From assembly GCA_003343885.1 (NCBI GenBank), contig QAKH01000059.1:8416-72415 (forward strand): a DNA stretch of 64,000 nucleotides. The letters are read 5' to 3'. Position numbers and translations under genes: made by a program. A model generated the notes under the pieces. That model did not search any database, was not told the DNA's origin, and was given only the letters and a program-made list of their open reading frames with translations. The DNA comes from Clostridiales bacterium (GTDB taxonomy: Bacteria > Bacillota > Clostridia > Oscillospirales > CAG-382). Of the stretch, positions 34,607 to 44,673 are shown one piece after another (the first letter of the stretch is position 1; the number at the start of each line of letters is the position of its first letter).

Positions 34607-35212
34607 ATGGTTATGCCGAATCAGCTAAAAAAGAAGGAGTTTTCAAAGACCATAAAAGGCTATTCGGTTCCGGAAGTCGATGAATATATTTCTTACATAC
34701 TCTCTTCTTACCAGGATATGTTTAATGAATACGCCGAGCTTGAGAAAAAATATAAGGCAACTCTTCATAAGCTTGAAGAGGCAAGAAGTGAAGAAAGTAC
34801 TTTTTCGTCACTCGTGCTTGACGCAAAAAAAATGGCGGACGCAATAGTAAAAGACGCTAATGAAAAGGCTCGGGCAGCCACCGACGCAGTCAATGAAAGC
34901 TGTGAAAAAATTCTCTCGACGTATAGGGAAAACGTAACAGCGGAACGAGATAAGCTTGCAAAGATGGAAAAGCTTGCAAAAGATTTCAAGGAATCGTTGT
35001 ACTCAGCGTACCGCGAGCATATCCAGGCAATAGATAACATTCTTCCCGATGAAGAGAACAGTGAAAGCGAGAGTATATCAACGGCGACTGACGAGGAGCT
35101 GATGGACGCCGCCGTAGACCTTGCACGCCGAAAGTATGGCGCTGAAAACCCGGGCGAGCCTGCCGGAATGGGTGTTGAGCAAGCCGACAGCGCAGCCGCA
35201 CAAGCAAAGTAA
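34607..35212 (+). CDS. divIVA: DivIVA-family protein
   Basis: The N-terminus is PNQLKKKEFSKTIKGYSVPEVDEYI, followed by coiled coil. The start is ATG 34607 or ATG 34613. Confidence 0.9.
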   Translation: MVMPNQLKKKEFSKTIKGYSVPEVDEYISYILSSYQDMFNEYAELEKKYKATLHKLEEARSEESTFSSLVLDAKKMADAIVKDANEKARAATDAVNESCEKILSTYRENVTAERDKLAKMEKLAKDFKESLYSAYREHIQAIDNILPDEENSESESISTATDEELMDAAVDLARRKYGAENPGEPAGMGVEQADSAAAQAK

Positions 35213-35305
35213 TCAAAAACCGAGATATCGTTAGAGCATGAGTGCCCTAACGATATTTGTGCATGAGAATAAATAAAAAACAGAACATAAAGGAGCAACT
35301 TCAGT

Positions 35306-38125
35306 ATGCCGAAGGATTACGCAAAAACGCTTAATCTGCCGAAAACAGATTTTTCAATGAGAGCAAATCTTCCACAAAGAGAGCCTGCAACTGAGCAGAA
35401 GTGGATGCAGGAGGATATATATAAAAAGATGCTTGAGAAGAACGAGGGACATGAAAGCTTTGTTCTTCACGACGGACCTCCCTTTTCAAACGGCAATATC
35501 CATATGGGAACTGCCATGAATAAGGTTCTCAAGGATATTATAAATAAATCAAAGTCCATGGCAGGATATTATACCCCGTATATTCCCGGCTGGGATAACC
35601 ACGGAATGCCCATTGAAAGCGCAATTATAAAGCAGAATAAACTTGACAGAAAGAAGATGAGTGTTTCTGAGTTCAGAAGTGCTTGTCATGCTTTTGCGCA
35701 GAAATTCGTCGATATACAGATGACCTCTTTCAAACGTCTTGGCGTGCTTGGAGATTGGGAAAATCCATACCTCACCATGGCTCCGTCATTTGAGGCGGAA
35801 GAAGTTAAAGTCTTCGGTGAAATGTATAAAAAAGGATACATTTATAAGGGACTTAAGCCGGTGTATTGGTGTCCGTCCGATGAAACGGCGCTTGCCGAAG
35901 CTGAGATAGAGTACGCTGAGGATAAGTGTAAATCTATATATGTAAAGTTCCGCGTGACAGACGATAAGGGCCTATTTGCAGGACTAAGCGACCTGGATAA
36001 GACTTATTTTATCATTTGGACAACAACCACCTGGACACTGCCCGGAAACGTCGCTATCGCCGTTCATCCCCGTGAAAAGTACGCTCTTATCAAGGCTTCA
36101 AACGGCGAGTACTATGTTACCGCCGAGGCACTTGCGGAAAAAACAATGAAAGCCGGCGGCGTAGAGAGCTTTGAAATTGTAAAGACTTTCGCCGGAGAAG
36201 AGCTTGAATATGCAAAGACTAAACATCCTTTTCTTGACAGGGAAAGCGTTGTGGTAAACGCCGACTATGTTACCATGGAAAGCGGTACGGGATGCGTCCA
36301 CACCGCTCCCGGATACGGCGTTGACGACTATTTTACAGGCGTTAAGTATAAGCTTGAAATTCTTGTTGCCGTTGATGATAAAGGCTACCAGACAGAAAAA
36401 GCCGGAAAGTTTGCCGGACTAAAGTATGACGAGTCTAACGAGGCAATATTTGATGATATGAAGCAGAGCGGAGCACTGTTTGCTTACGAGGAAATCTCTC
36501 ACCAGTATCCTCATTGCTGGCGCTGTAAGAATCCGATAATATTCCGTGCTACTCCTCAGTGGTTCTGCTCAGTAGACGCTTTCAGAAATGAGGCGGTCAA
36601 AGCCTGCAAGGATGTTGAGTGGTTGCCTGAATGGGGCGAAAACCGCATAATATCCATGGTAAACGAAAGAGCCGATTGGTGTATCTCACGTCAAAGACAG
36701 TGGGGACTTCCGATACCTGTGTTCTATTGTGAAGACTGCGGAAAGCCGGTATGCACAGATGAAACAATAAACAAGGTTTCCGAAATATTTGCTCAAAAAG
36801 GCTCGAACGCTTGGTTCGACCTTGACGCAGCGGAATTGCTGCCGGACGGATTTGCATGCCCGCACTGCGGCGGAAAACATTTTTATAAAGAAAAGGATAC
36901 GCTTGACGGCTGGTTTGATTCCGGATCCTCTCACAGAGCCGTAATCAAGAATATAAAATGGCCGTGCGACCTGTATCTTGAAGGCGCTGACCAGTACAGA
37001 GGCTGGTTCCAGTCATCTTTGCTTACTGCAGTCGGAGCTACCGGCAAAGGCGCTCCTTATCGCCAGGTTCTCACCCACGGCTGGGTTGTTGACGGCGAAG
37101 GAAAGGCCATGCATAAGTCACTCGGCAACTCGGTTTACCCAGAGGACGTCATAAAAGTATACGGAGCCGATCTGCTCCGCCTTTGGGTTGCTTCAAGCGA
37201 CTACCGTGTGGACGTAAGAGTGTCGGATGACATTTTTAAACAGCTTTCTGAGATCTACCGTAAAATCCGTAATACAACGAGAATTCTTCTTGCAAATCTC
37301 GGTAATCCTGCGGAGGACTTTGATCCTGTAAAGGACTGTGTACCATTTGAGCAGATGGAAGAAATAGATAAGTGGATAGTCGCAAAGTTCAACGACCTTG
37401 TAAAGCGTGTTAAAGACGCGTATAACAGCTACGAATTCCACTTGATTTATCACGATATGCATAATTTCTGCGCAATAGAGCTTTCAAAGCTTTATATTGA
37501 TATCAGCAAGGACAGAGTATATGTTCAGAGCAAGAACTCGCCTTTAAGAAGAAGCGCTCAGACTGCTATGTACTATATTCTTTCAGGATTTACACGTCTT
37601 ATTGCTCCGATTCTCTCGTTCACCGCAGAAGAAATCTGGCAGTTTATGCCGCATACGGCAAATGATAACGCCGAAAGCGTTTTCCTCAACGATATGCCGG
37701 ATTACAGAGAAGACCTCGCGTTCGCGGAAACTGCCGCAAAATACGATAAACTCTTTGATGTGCGTGACGACGTCATGAAAGCGCTCGAGCTTGCCCGTGC
37801 CGAAAAGAAGATAGGCAAATCTCTCGATGCAAAAGTCGTGATTTACGATAAGAAAGACAGCGAACTCATGAAACTGTTTGAGTCGTTCGGCGACGAGCTT
37901 TCCGATATATTCATTTGTTCGGGCGTAGAGCTCACAGATGCAGCCCCCGACGCGGAAGCTTATGCCGATACATTATCGGGAATAGCCGTAAAGGTTGTGC
38001 CGGCTGTTGGTACTAAATGCGACAGATGCTGGTTTATAAGAGAGGACGTAAGCGAGGACGGTGAAGGCGGACATATCTGCAAGAGATGTGCGTCGATAGT
38101 CAATGCCGATTTTCCGTCGCTTTAA
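35306..38125 (+). CDS. ileS: Isoleucyl-tRNA synthetase
   Basis: The 939-aa protein has PPFSNGNIHMGTA (HIGH-type), KMHKSLGN (KMSKS) and a C-terminal Zn-finger CDRC..CKRC. Confidence 0.98.
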   Translation: MPKDYAKTLNLPKTDFSMRANLPQREPATEQKWMQEDIYKKMLEKNEGHESFVLHDGPPFSNGNIHMGTAMNKVLKDIINKSKSMAGYYTPYIPGWDNHGMPIESAIIKQNKLDRKKMSVSEFRSACHAFAQKFVDIQMTSFKRLGVLGDWENPYLTMAPSFEAEEVKVFGEMYKKGYIYKGLKPVYWCPSDETALAEAEIEYAEDKCKSIYVKFRVTDDKGLFAGLSDLDKTYFIIWTTTTWTLPGNVAIAVHPREKYALIKASNGEYYVTAEALAEKTMKAGGVESFEIVKTFAGEELEYAKTKHPFLDRESVVVNADYVTMESGTGCVHTAPGYGVDDYFTGVKYKLEILVAVDDKGYQTEKAGKFAGLKYDESNEAIFDDMKQSGALFAYEEISHQYPHCWRCKNPIIFRATPQWFCSVDAFRNEAVKACKDVEWLPEWGENRIISMVNERADWCISRQRQWGLPIPVFYCEDCGKPVCTDETINKVSEIFAQKGSNAWFDLDAAELLPDGFACPHCGGKHFYKEKDTLDGWFDSGSSHRAVIKNIKWPCDLYLEGADQYRGWFQSSLLTAVGATGKGAPYRQVLTHGWVVDGEGKAMHKSLGNSVYPEDVIKVYGADLLRLWVASSDYRVDVRVSDDIFKQLSEIYRKIRNTTRILLANLGNPAEDFDPVKDCVPFEQMEEIDKWIVAKFNDLVKRVKDAYNSYEFHLIYHDMHNFCAIELSKLYIDISKDRVYVQSKNSPLRRSAQTAMYYILSGFTRLIAPILSFTAEEIWQFMPHTANDNAESVFLNDMPDYREDLAFAETAAKYDKLFDVRDDVMKALELARAEKKIGKSLDAKVVIYDKKDSELMKLFESFGDELSDIFICSGVELTDAAPDAEAYADTLSGIAVKVVPAVGTKCDRCWFIREDVSEDGEGGHICKRCASIVNADFPSL

Positions 38126-38131
38126 TGACTG

Positions 38132-38749
38132 ATGGTTAGTGCATTTATAATAGCTCTCGCGGTTGTCGTGATTGATCTTGCGCTGAAATACGCCGTATCA
38201 TCAGGAATGACAGTAGGGCAGTCGTTTGAAGTTATACCCGGTGTGCTGAATGTAACTTATGTTCAGAACACCGGAGCAGCCTTTGGAATTTTAGGTCAAC
38301 AGCGCTGGATTTTCATTGTCGTTTCAGCGATTATGATTGTCCTTTTAACGCTTTTTTTAGCTCGCGCAAAAGGATATCACAAGCTTGTGTATATCAGTGC
38401 TGCACTTATCCTCGGAGGAGGAGTGGGGAACATGGTTGACCGCCTAAGCCTTGGTTATGTCATAGATTATATTGATTTCTGTGCGTTTCCATCACTTTGG
38501 AGATGGGTATTCAATGCCGCAGATACTGCTGTCTGCGTTGGTGCGGGACTTTTAATCGTGTACCTTTTGTTCCTTGACTCAAAGGCATATGCCGGCGGAA
38601 TGAAATCCGTCCTGAGAGACAATAACGCCAATAAAGGCAATAACGGCAACTACGGCGACGGCGGCAAGAGCGATAATAACGGCGACAGCGATAATAACGG
38701 CACCCCCAAAAAAGACCGAGTTGATGCAGATAATGCCGATGAAAAATAA
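38132..38749 (+). CDS. lspA: Lipoprotein signal peptidase (SPase II) with an Asn/Gly/Asp-rich C-terminal tail
   Basis: The protein has NTGAAFG, GGVGNMVDR and FNAADTAV. The tail is encoded partly by an 18-bp tandem duplication (38669-38704). Confidence 0.93.
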   Translation: MVSAFIIALAVVVIDLALKYAVSSGMTVGQSFEVIPGVLNVTYVQNTGAAFGILGQQRWIFIVVSAIMIVLLTLFLARAKGYHKLVYISAALILGGGVGNMVDRLSLGYVIDYIDFCAFPSLWRWVFNAADTAVCVGAGLLIVYLLFLDSKAYAGGMKSVLRDNNANKGNNGNYGDGGKSDNNGDSDNNGTPKKDRVDADNADEK

Positions 38750-39716
38750 TATCGAAAATAACATCGAGAACGGGTATTGTCCCGACGAAACGGACAGAGT
38801 AATCGAATATATCGTTGATGAACCCGGAGAAAGACTTGACGCAAGTGTTTCAAGAAACTGCGAAATAACCCGTTCGGCGGCATGCCGGCTCATAGAGGAC
38901 GGCACAGTTGAAGCACTGGGGAAAACGCTTACAAAAAAAAGCGAAAAATTACCTGTCGGCACTTTGGTAAAGGTTGTCATGCCCGAACCCAAACTCTGTG
39001 ATGCACGCCCTCAGGATATAGACATAGATATCGTCTACGAGGACGACGATATCGCCGTTGTCAATAAGCCGCAGGGAATGGTAGTCCACCCGGCTCCCGG
39101 AAATCCGGACGGCACGCTTGTCAATGCGCTCATGTACCGTATGCACGGCTCGCTTTCAACTATAAACGGCGTCGTGCGCCCCGGAATAGTCCACCGTATT
39201 GATAAAGATACGAGCGGACTGCTTGTGGTGGCAAAAAATGACGCGGCACATCTGTCGCTTGCCGAACAGATAAAAGCGCATACATTAAGAAGAGTGTATA
39301 ACGCAGTGGTAATAGGCAGTTTTAAGCCGGACGAAGGCAGAATTGATATGCCGATAGGCAGGCACCCGATACATCGCAAAAAAATGGCGGTTACGGACAA
39401 GAATTCCAAACCGGCGGCAACAAATTACCGCACTCTTGAGTTTTTTGACGGATATTCACTATGTGAATTTCGACTGGAAACAGGAAGAACACATCAGATA
39501 CGTGTACATGCCGCATATCTCGGGCATCCTGTTCTCGGAGATCCTCTTTACGCTCCGGAAGCAGGGAAAAATAAGTTTGGGCTAAGCGGACAGTGCCTGC
39601 ACGCAAAAATGTTGGCGCTCACACACCCGTCAACCGGTAAATACATGGAGTTTGAAGCTCCGCTTCCGGATTACTTTGAAAATGTGCTTGCAAAGCTTCG
39701 CGCTAAGCTTAGATGA
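38721..39716 (+). CDS. rluD: 23S rRNA pseudouridine synthase RluD family
   Basis: An S4-like N-terminus is followed by the catalytic motif HRIDKDTSGLLVVAKN. The start is uncertain (three in-frame ATGs between 38721 and 38736), and the gene overlaps the end of lspA. Confidence 0.92.
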   Translation: MMQIMPMKNNIENNIENGYCPDETDRVIEYIVDEPGERLDASVSRNCEITRSAACRLIEDGTVEALGKTLTKKSEKLPVGTLVKVVMPEPKLCDARPQDIDIDIVYEDDDIAVVNKPQGMVVHPAPGNPDGTLVNALMYRMHGSLSTINGVVRPGIVHRIDKDTSGLLVVAKNDAAHLSLAEQIKAHTLRRVYNAVVIGSFKPDEGRIDMPIGRHPIHRKKMAVTDKNSKPAATNYRTLEFFDGYSLCEFRLETGRTHQIRVHAAYLGHPVLGDPLYAPEAGKNKFGLSGQCLHAKMLALTHPSTGKYMEFEAPLPDYFENVLAKLRAKLR

Positions 39717-39815
39717 AAAGATAATAAAGTTAATATTCCATCGGAGAATACCTGAGCGTATGTACTTGTTTTAAACGGCGCATAGCTTGGTGTCTGAGAA
39801 AGGAACGACATAAGA

Positions 39816-40658
39816 ATGGATAAAACAAAATTGCAGAATATTGCGCTTGAAATAAGAAAGGGCGCACTTACGGCGGTGTTTTTCGCACAATCGGGCCATC
39901 CGGGAGGCTCGCTCGGAATAGCTGAAATCCTTGCGTATCTCTATTTTGAGGAGATGAACGTAGATCCGGCAAATCCTAAAAATCCGGATCGTGACAGACT
40001 TGTTCTTTCAAAAGGACATGCTTCCCCGGCACTGTATGCGGCTCTTGCCGAAAAGGGCTTTTTCCCTAAGGAAGATTTGAAAACCTTCCGCCATAAGGAC
40101 AGCTACCTGCAGGGACACCCGGATATGAAAAATATCCCGGGAGTAGATATGTCAACAGGCTCGCTCGGTCAAGGCTTTTCAGCCGCTTGCGGAATGGCGC
40201 TTGCAGGCAAGATATCAGAGAAAAAGTACCGAGTCTGGGCAATTCTCGGTGACGGGGAATGCGAAGAGGGGCAGATTTGGGAAGCGGCAATGTTCGGTTC
40301 TCACTACGGACTCAATAATATATGTGCGTTTGTTGACTTTAACGGTCTGCAGATTGACGGAGCGGTCACTGACGTTATGAACCCGACTCCCCTTGATAAA
40401 AAATTTGAAGCCTTTGGATGGAATACTCTTGTTATTGACGGCCATGATTTCGATCAGATTGCCATGGCTGTTGAAAACGCAAAGAGAAGCATTAAGCCGA
40501 CAGCCGTAATTTGCAAGACGATAAAGGGTAAAGACGTTTCGTATATGGAAAATCAGTGCTCATGGCACGGAACGGCTCCTAAGAAGGAACAGTACGATAT
40601 TGGCATGCAGGAACTTGAGGCGCTGCAAAAGAAATTGCTGCAGCCGGAACTTGTTTGA
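39816..40658 (+). CDS. Transketolase, N-terminal (TPP-binding) subunit
   Basis: The protein has SGHPGGSLG and GDGECEEGQIWEA and is a split-type transketolase. Confidence 0.93.
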   Translation: MDKTKLQNIALEIRKGALTAVFFAQSGHPGGSLGIAEILAYLYFEEMNVDPANPKNPDRDRLVLSKGHASPALYAALAEKGFFPKEDLKTFRHKDSYLQGHPDMKNIPGVDMSTGSLGQGFSAACGMALAGKISEKKYRVWAILGDGECEEGQIWEAAMFGSHYGLNNICAFVDFNGLQIDGAVTDVMNPTPLDKKFEAFGWNTLVIDGHDFDQIAMAVENAKRSIKPTAVICKTIKGKDVSYMENQCSWHGTAPKKEQYDIGMQELEALQKKLLQPELV

Positions 40659-40675
40659 AAGGAGCGCAGAGAAAT

Positions 40676-41617
40676 ATGTCAGAGAAAATAGCGACACGTG
40701 AGGCATACGGAAAAGCGCTCGCGGAATTCGGTGAAAAATACGACTTTGTAGTTTTGGACGCTGACCTTGCGGAAGCTACCAAGACAGGTATATTTAAAAA
40801 GGCATTCCCGTCACGCTTTTTTGACTGCGGAATAGCAGAAGGCAATATGATGTCCGTAGCGGCAGGCATTGCGGCGGCTGGTAAAACGGTTTTTGCAAGC
40901 TCCTTTGCCATGTTTGCGGCAGGCAGAGCCTTTGAGCAGGTAAGAAACAGCATTGCTTATCCGCATCTCAATGTAAAAATCGGTGCGACTCATGCCGGAA
41001 TCTCTGTCGGAGAGGACGGAGCTACTCATCAGTGCTGTGAGGATATTGCGCTTATGCGCGCTATACCGGGTATGGTAGTGCTGAATCCTGCCGATGCCGT
41101 TGAGGCAAGAGCCGTAGTCGAAGCGGCACTTAAGCATCAGGGACCTGTATATATGCGTTTCGGCAGACTTGCCGTTGAAACAATTTTTGATAAGGATAGC
41201 TTTACTTTTGAAATAGGTAAAGCGCAGAGGCTTTGCGAAGGCACTGATATCACTATTGTCTCAACCGGTCTTACTACCTCGATTTGTCTTGAGGCAGTTA
41301 AGTTGCTCGGAAACAGCGGTGTATCAGCCCGCCTTTTGAATATGGCATCAATAAAGCCGATAGACAAGGAGCAAATAATACTTGCGGCAAAGGATACCGG
41401 CTGTATATTAACAGTAGAGGAACATAATATCATCGGTGGACTTGGCAGCGCTGTCACGGAGGTTGTGTGTGAAAACTATCCATGCCCTGTATTAAGACAC
41501 GGAATATATGATACATTCGGAAAAAGCGGCAAGGCAACAGATCTTTTGATCGATTTCGGATTTACTCCGGAAGTCGTAGCGGAAAAAGCAAAACAGGCAG
41601 TGACATTAAAAAAATAA
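40676..41617 (+). CDS. Transketolase, C-terminal (pyrimidine-binding) subunit
   Basis: The protein has FFDCGIAEGNMMSVAAG and THAGISVGEDGATHQ. ATG 40676 follows AAAGGAG, and the ORF opens at 40655. Confidence 0.93.
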   Translation: MSEKIATREAYGKALAEFGEKYDFVVLDADLAEATKTGIFKKAFPSRFFDCGIAEGNMMSVAAGIAAAGKTVFASSFAMFAAGRAFEQVRNSIAYPHLNVKIGATHAGISVGEDGATHQCCEDIALMRAIPGMVVLNPADAVEARAVVEAALKHQGPVYMRFGRLAVETIFDKDSFTFEIGKAQRLCEGTDITIVSTGLTTSICLEAVKLLGNSGVSARLLNMASIKPIDKEQIILAAKDTGCILTVEEHNIIGGLGSAVTEVVCENYPCPVLRHGIYDTFGKSGKATDLLIDFGFTPEVVAEKAKQAVTLKK

Positions 41618-41638
41618 TATACAAAGGAAGAAAAAGAC

Positions 41639-42850
41639 ATGAAAGTATTGGTCATCAATGCGGGAAGCTCGTCAATCAAGTATCAGCTTATTGATATGAC
41701 GAACGAAACACTTTTGGCAAAGGGACAGTGCGACAGAATCGGTATCAGCGGCGGAAATTTCAAGCAGACAAACTATAAGGGCGACGTGTATAAAACTGAT
41801 GTTCAGATAGCAAACCACGGCGAGGGAATAAAGCTCATAATTGACGCCCTTACCTGCAAGGAACACGGCGTAATTGATTCTATGAGCGAGATAAACGCTG
41901 TAGGACACCGTGTCGTTCACGGCGGTGAGAAGTTCTCAGGCTCCGTTATAATCACTGACGAGATTATAGAGGCTCTCAAAGAGTGCTCAGAGCTCAGCCC
42001 TCTGCATAACCCGGCAAATCTTACCGGTATAAAGGCTTGCGAAGAGATAATAGGAAATATCCCGCAGGTCGGCGTATTTGATACAGGTTTTCATCAGACA
42101 ATGCCGGATTTTGCATACATATACCCGATTCCGTATGAGTATTACGAAAAATATAAGCTCCGCAGATACGGTTTCCACGGCACATCCCATCGCTATGTTT
42201 CAGCAAGAGCAGCCGCAATGCTCGGCAAGAAACCGGAAGAACTCAATATTGTTACCTGCCATCTCGGAAACGGCTCGTCAATAACAGCGGTTAAGGGCGG
42301 CAAGTCGTTTGATACAACCATGGGAGTAACTCCTCTTGACGGACTTATGATGGGTACAAGAAGCGGATCTATTGATCCTGCAATAATTCCGTTCCTCATG
42401 GAAAAAGAGCATATGACGGCGAAAGAAATAGACATAATGCTCAATAAAAAATCCGGTATGCTCGGTGTTACTCAGACTACAAGCGATAACCGTGATATTG
42501 AACAGGGCGCAAGAGAAGGCAACAAGCGTTACCAGCTCGTTGAAAATATGCTTTGTCACCAGATAACCAAATACATCGGCGGATTTGCCGCAGCGATGGG
42601 CGGCGTAGACGCAATTGTATTTACAGGCGGTATCGGCGAAAACAATCCGCATTACAGATCACGTGTAGGCGAAAAGCTTGAATTTATGGGCGTTAAGGTT
42701 GATGAGGAAATAAATAAAAAAGCGTTCCGTACTTCTGAAGAATTTGATATATCAACTCCGGACGCTAAGGTTCGTATGCTTGTTATTCCTACAAACGAAG
42801 AACTTATGATCGCGCGTGATACTTACGAACTGGTAAAGAACATAAAGTAA
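41639..42850 (+). CDS. ackA: Acetate kinase
   Basis: The protein has KVLVINAGSSSIKYQL, RYGFHGTSH and VFTGGIGEN. Confidence 0.97.
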   Translation: MKVLVINAGSSSIKYQLIDMTNETLLAKGQCDRIGISGGNFKQTNYKGDVYKTDVQIANHGEGIKLIIDALTCKEHGVIDSMSEINAVGHRVVHGGEKFSGSVIITDEIIEALKECSELSPLHNPANLTGIKACEEIIGNIPQVGVFDTGFHQTMPDFAYIYPIPYEYYEKYKLRRYGFHGTSHRYVSARAAAMLGKKPEELNIVTCHLGNGSSITAVKGGKSFDTTMGVTPLDGLMMGTRSGSIDPAIIPFLMEKEHMTAKEIDIMLNKKSGMLGVTQTTSDNRDIEQGAREGNKRYQLVENMLCHQITKYIGGFAAAMGGVDAIVFTGGIGENNPHYRSRVGEKLEFMGVKVDEEINKKAFRTSEEFDISTPDAKVRMLVIPTNEELMIARDTYELVKNIK

Positions 42851-42988
42851 TAATACTTTGAGTTAAGTACTATAAATAACAATATGAGTGCCGCATGAAG
42901 TCTTTGTGCGGCACTTCGTGTAAAGCGACAAGCGCCGGATTATATATCTGCCTTTGCAGGCAAGGGAACCGAAACGGAGGTTTAGAGT

Positions 42989-43897
42989 GTGAAAAAATAT
43001 CTTGAACAGTTCATGACGGATTTTAAATATCCGGGAGAGGCAATCGACAGTCTGTTAAACGATTACAGTTCAATCTTGGAAAAAGAAGAAGCAAGATGTA
43101 TACTTGAAACACATGTATCAGATTACGAGAAAAATAATACTCTTGATTGGCAGAAAGCAATCGAGAGTATGGATATTGCCGCAAAACTTGTTCAGATAAA
43201 CTCATATTCAGCACAGTTTATTTTGTTTCTGTGCCTGACACGCCATGCGCATGAGCTTTATGAAAAGCAGAGCTTGCCTGAACAGATTTTTTATGACTCG
43301 TTTTGCGATTTAAGATATAAACTCATGGAATGTAAACAAGTACGTGGCGTCTGGGGCTCATTTGTTTGTTTTTGGTTTCCGAGATTTTTTGAACTTACAC
43401 GCTTTGCCCTTGGAAGATTGCAGTACGAAACATTCGAATTTAATTTTGACGGTGAGTATAAAACAAAATATAAAATTCTGCGTAACGGAGATACGGTTAT
43501 AAATATGCATATTCCGTCAGCAGGTCCGTTAGATCATGACAGCGTAATCGATTCTTATAAAAAAGCATATAGTTTCTATAAAAATCTGTACTCTGACGGA
43601 ATCGTTCCGTTTGTTTGCGATTCATGGCTTTTAACTCCGGTTCACGAGAAAATTCTGCCTGAAAATTCCAATATACTGAAATTCATGAAAGACTTTACAA
43701 TCATAAGCAGCATGCAGACAGATAATTTTAACGACGGCTGGCGTGTATTTGGTAAAAGCGTTACCAGGGAAAATATTTCCGAACTTCCGGAAGAAACCAC
43801 GCTGCAGAGAATATATAAAAATTACCTTTTAGGGGACGGTAAAGCCGGAGCCGGCTATGGCGTTATCCTTTTTGACGGTGAAAATATATTAAAGTGA
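42989..43897 (+). CDS. Acyltransferase-like protein (N-terminal helical domain + GNAT-like C-terminal domain family)
   Basis: The 302-aa protein starts at GTG. FALGRLQYE..INMHIPSAGPLD resembles the widespread Firmicute acyltransferase-domain family. This assignment is from memory of that family only. Confidence 0.5.
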   Translation: MKKYLEQFMTDFKYPGEAIDSLLNDYSSILEKEEARCILETHVSDYEKNNTLDWQKAIESMDIAAKLVQINSYSAQFILFLCLTRHAHELYEKQSLPEQIFYDSFCDLRYKLMECKQVRGVWGSFVCFWFPRFFELTRFALGRLQYETFEFNFDGEYKTKYKILRNGDTVINMHIPSAGPLDHDSVIDSYKKAYSFYKNLYSDGIVPFVCDSWLLTPVHEKILPENSNILKFMKDFTIISSMQTDNFNDGWRVFGKSVTRENISELPEETTLQRIYKNYLLGDGKAGAGYGVILFDGENILK

Positions 43898-43956
43898 AGG
43901 CTTTCCACACTCCGAATGGCGAATAAAGTAAAAATAAAAACTGAAAGGACATAAAC

Positions 43957-44670
43957 ATGTCGATTTACCGTATAGCTGATTTGAATGTGAAAATTGAAAA
44001 TGAATATTCATATACCGGTATACTTTGCCGCGATTATATCGCCAAAGATGATTCATACTGGGATATTACTGCACGCGCCGATAAAAGCGAGTATGCGGCG
44101 GATAGACTTATTGTTCCGGACGCAACCGATGGGTATCTTGAGTCGCTGTCAATATATCGCAGCATATCAAACCAGCTTATAGACTATTCTGGCTTTATTC
44201 TTCATTCATCAGTAACCGAAAGAAACGGAGAAGCGTATGCTTTTGCCGCAAAAAGCGGAACCGGCAAAACTACGCATTGTAAACTTTGGCTTGATACTTT
44301 TCCGGACGCCCGCATTATAAACGGAGATAAACCGCTTGTCAGAATATCGGACGAAAAAGTCTTTATATACGGAACGCCCTGGTGCGGCAAGGAAAACTAT
44401 AACGTAAATACAAAAGCACCGCTTAAAGCCGTATGTTTTTTAGAGCGTGCGGAACAAAACAGCATTGATAGAATTTCAAAATCTGAGGCGGTCGCAAGAA
44501 TAATGCCGCAGCTGCTTATCCCCAAAAATTCGGAGTATATAAATAAGCTGTTGGACTTGGTGGAAAGGTTTGTGGAGCTTGTTCCGGCATATCTTTTAAA
44601 ATGCAACATGACTAAAGAGGCCGCGTTTGTTTCGTATTCCGGTATGCAAAACAGCAATTCAGGTAATTGA
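43957..44670 (+). CDS. HPr-kinase-C-terminal-like P-loop protein (function unknown)
   Basis: It has the Walker A motif AAKSGTGKTT preceded by ILHSSV, followed by NGDKPLV. This layout matches HprK-related kinases. Confidence 0.45.
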   Translation: MSIYRIADLNVKIENEYSYTGILCRDYIAKDDSYWDITARADKSEYAADRLIVPDATDGYLESLSIYRSISNQLIDYSGFILHSSVTERNGEAYAFAAKSGTGKTTHCKLWLDTFPDARIINGDKPLVRISDEKVFIYGTPWCGKENYNVNTKAPLKAVCFLERAEQNSIDRISKSEAVARIMPQLLIPKNSEYINKLLDLVERFVELVPAYLLKCNMTKEAAFVSYSGMQNSNSGN

Positions 44671-44673
44671 TCG

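Noticed and set aside
34765-35298. A 177-aa Ser/Ala-rich minus-strand ORF.
   Set aside because: It is antisense to divIVA. A Ser/Ala/Leu-rich sequence is what the reverse frame of a Glu/Lys/Ala coiled coil produces.
35213-35305. I looked for a T-box leader upstream of ileS, as found in Bacillus.
   Set aside because: The intergenic region is only 93 nt. It contains just one hairpin (GATATCGTTAG..CTAACGATAT) with a weak U-tract, and I saw no specifier-loop or T-box sequence. ileS is probably read through from divIVA or uses an unrecognised promoter.
38579-38992. Minus-strand ORFs of 137 and 77 aa over the lspA tail and rluD start.
   Set aside because: They are antisense shadows across a low-complexity repeat region.
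42887-42914. A hairpin after ackA (AGTGCCGCA..TGCGGCACT) considered as a canonical intrinsic terminator.
   Set aside because: The stem is good, but the 3' flank (TTCGTGTAAAG) lacks a U-tract. I did not list it as a terminator feature and mention it only as a boundary marker.
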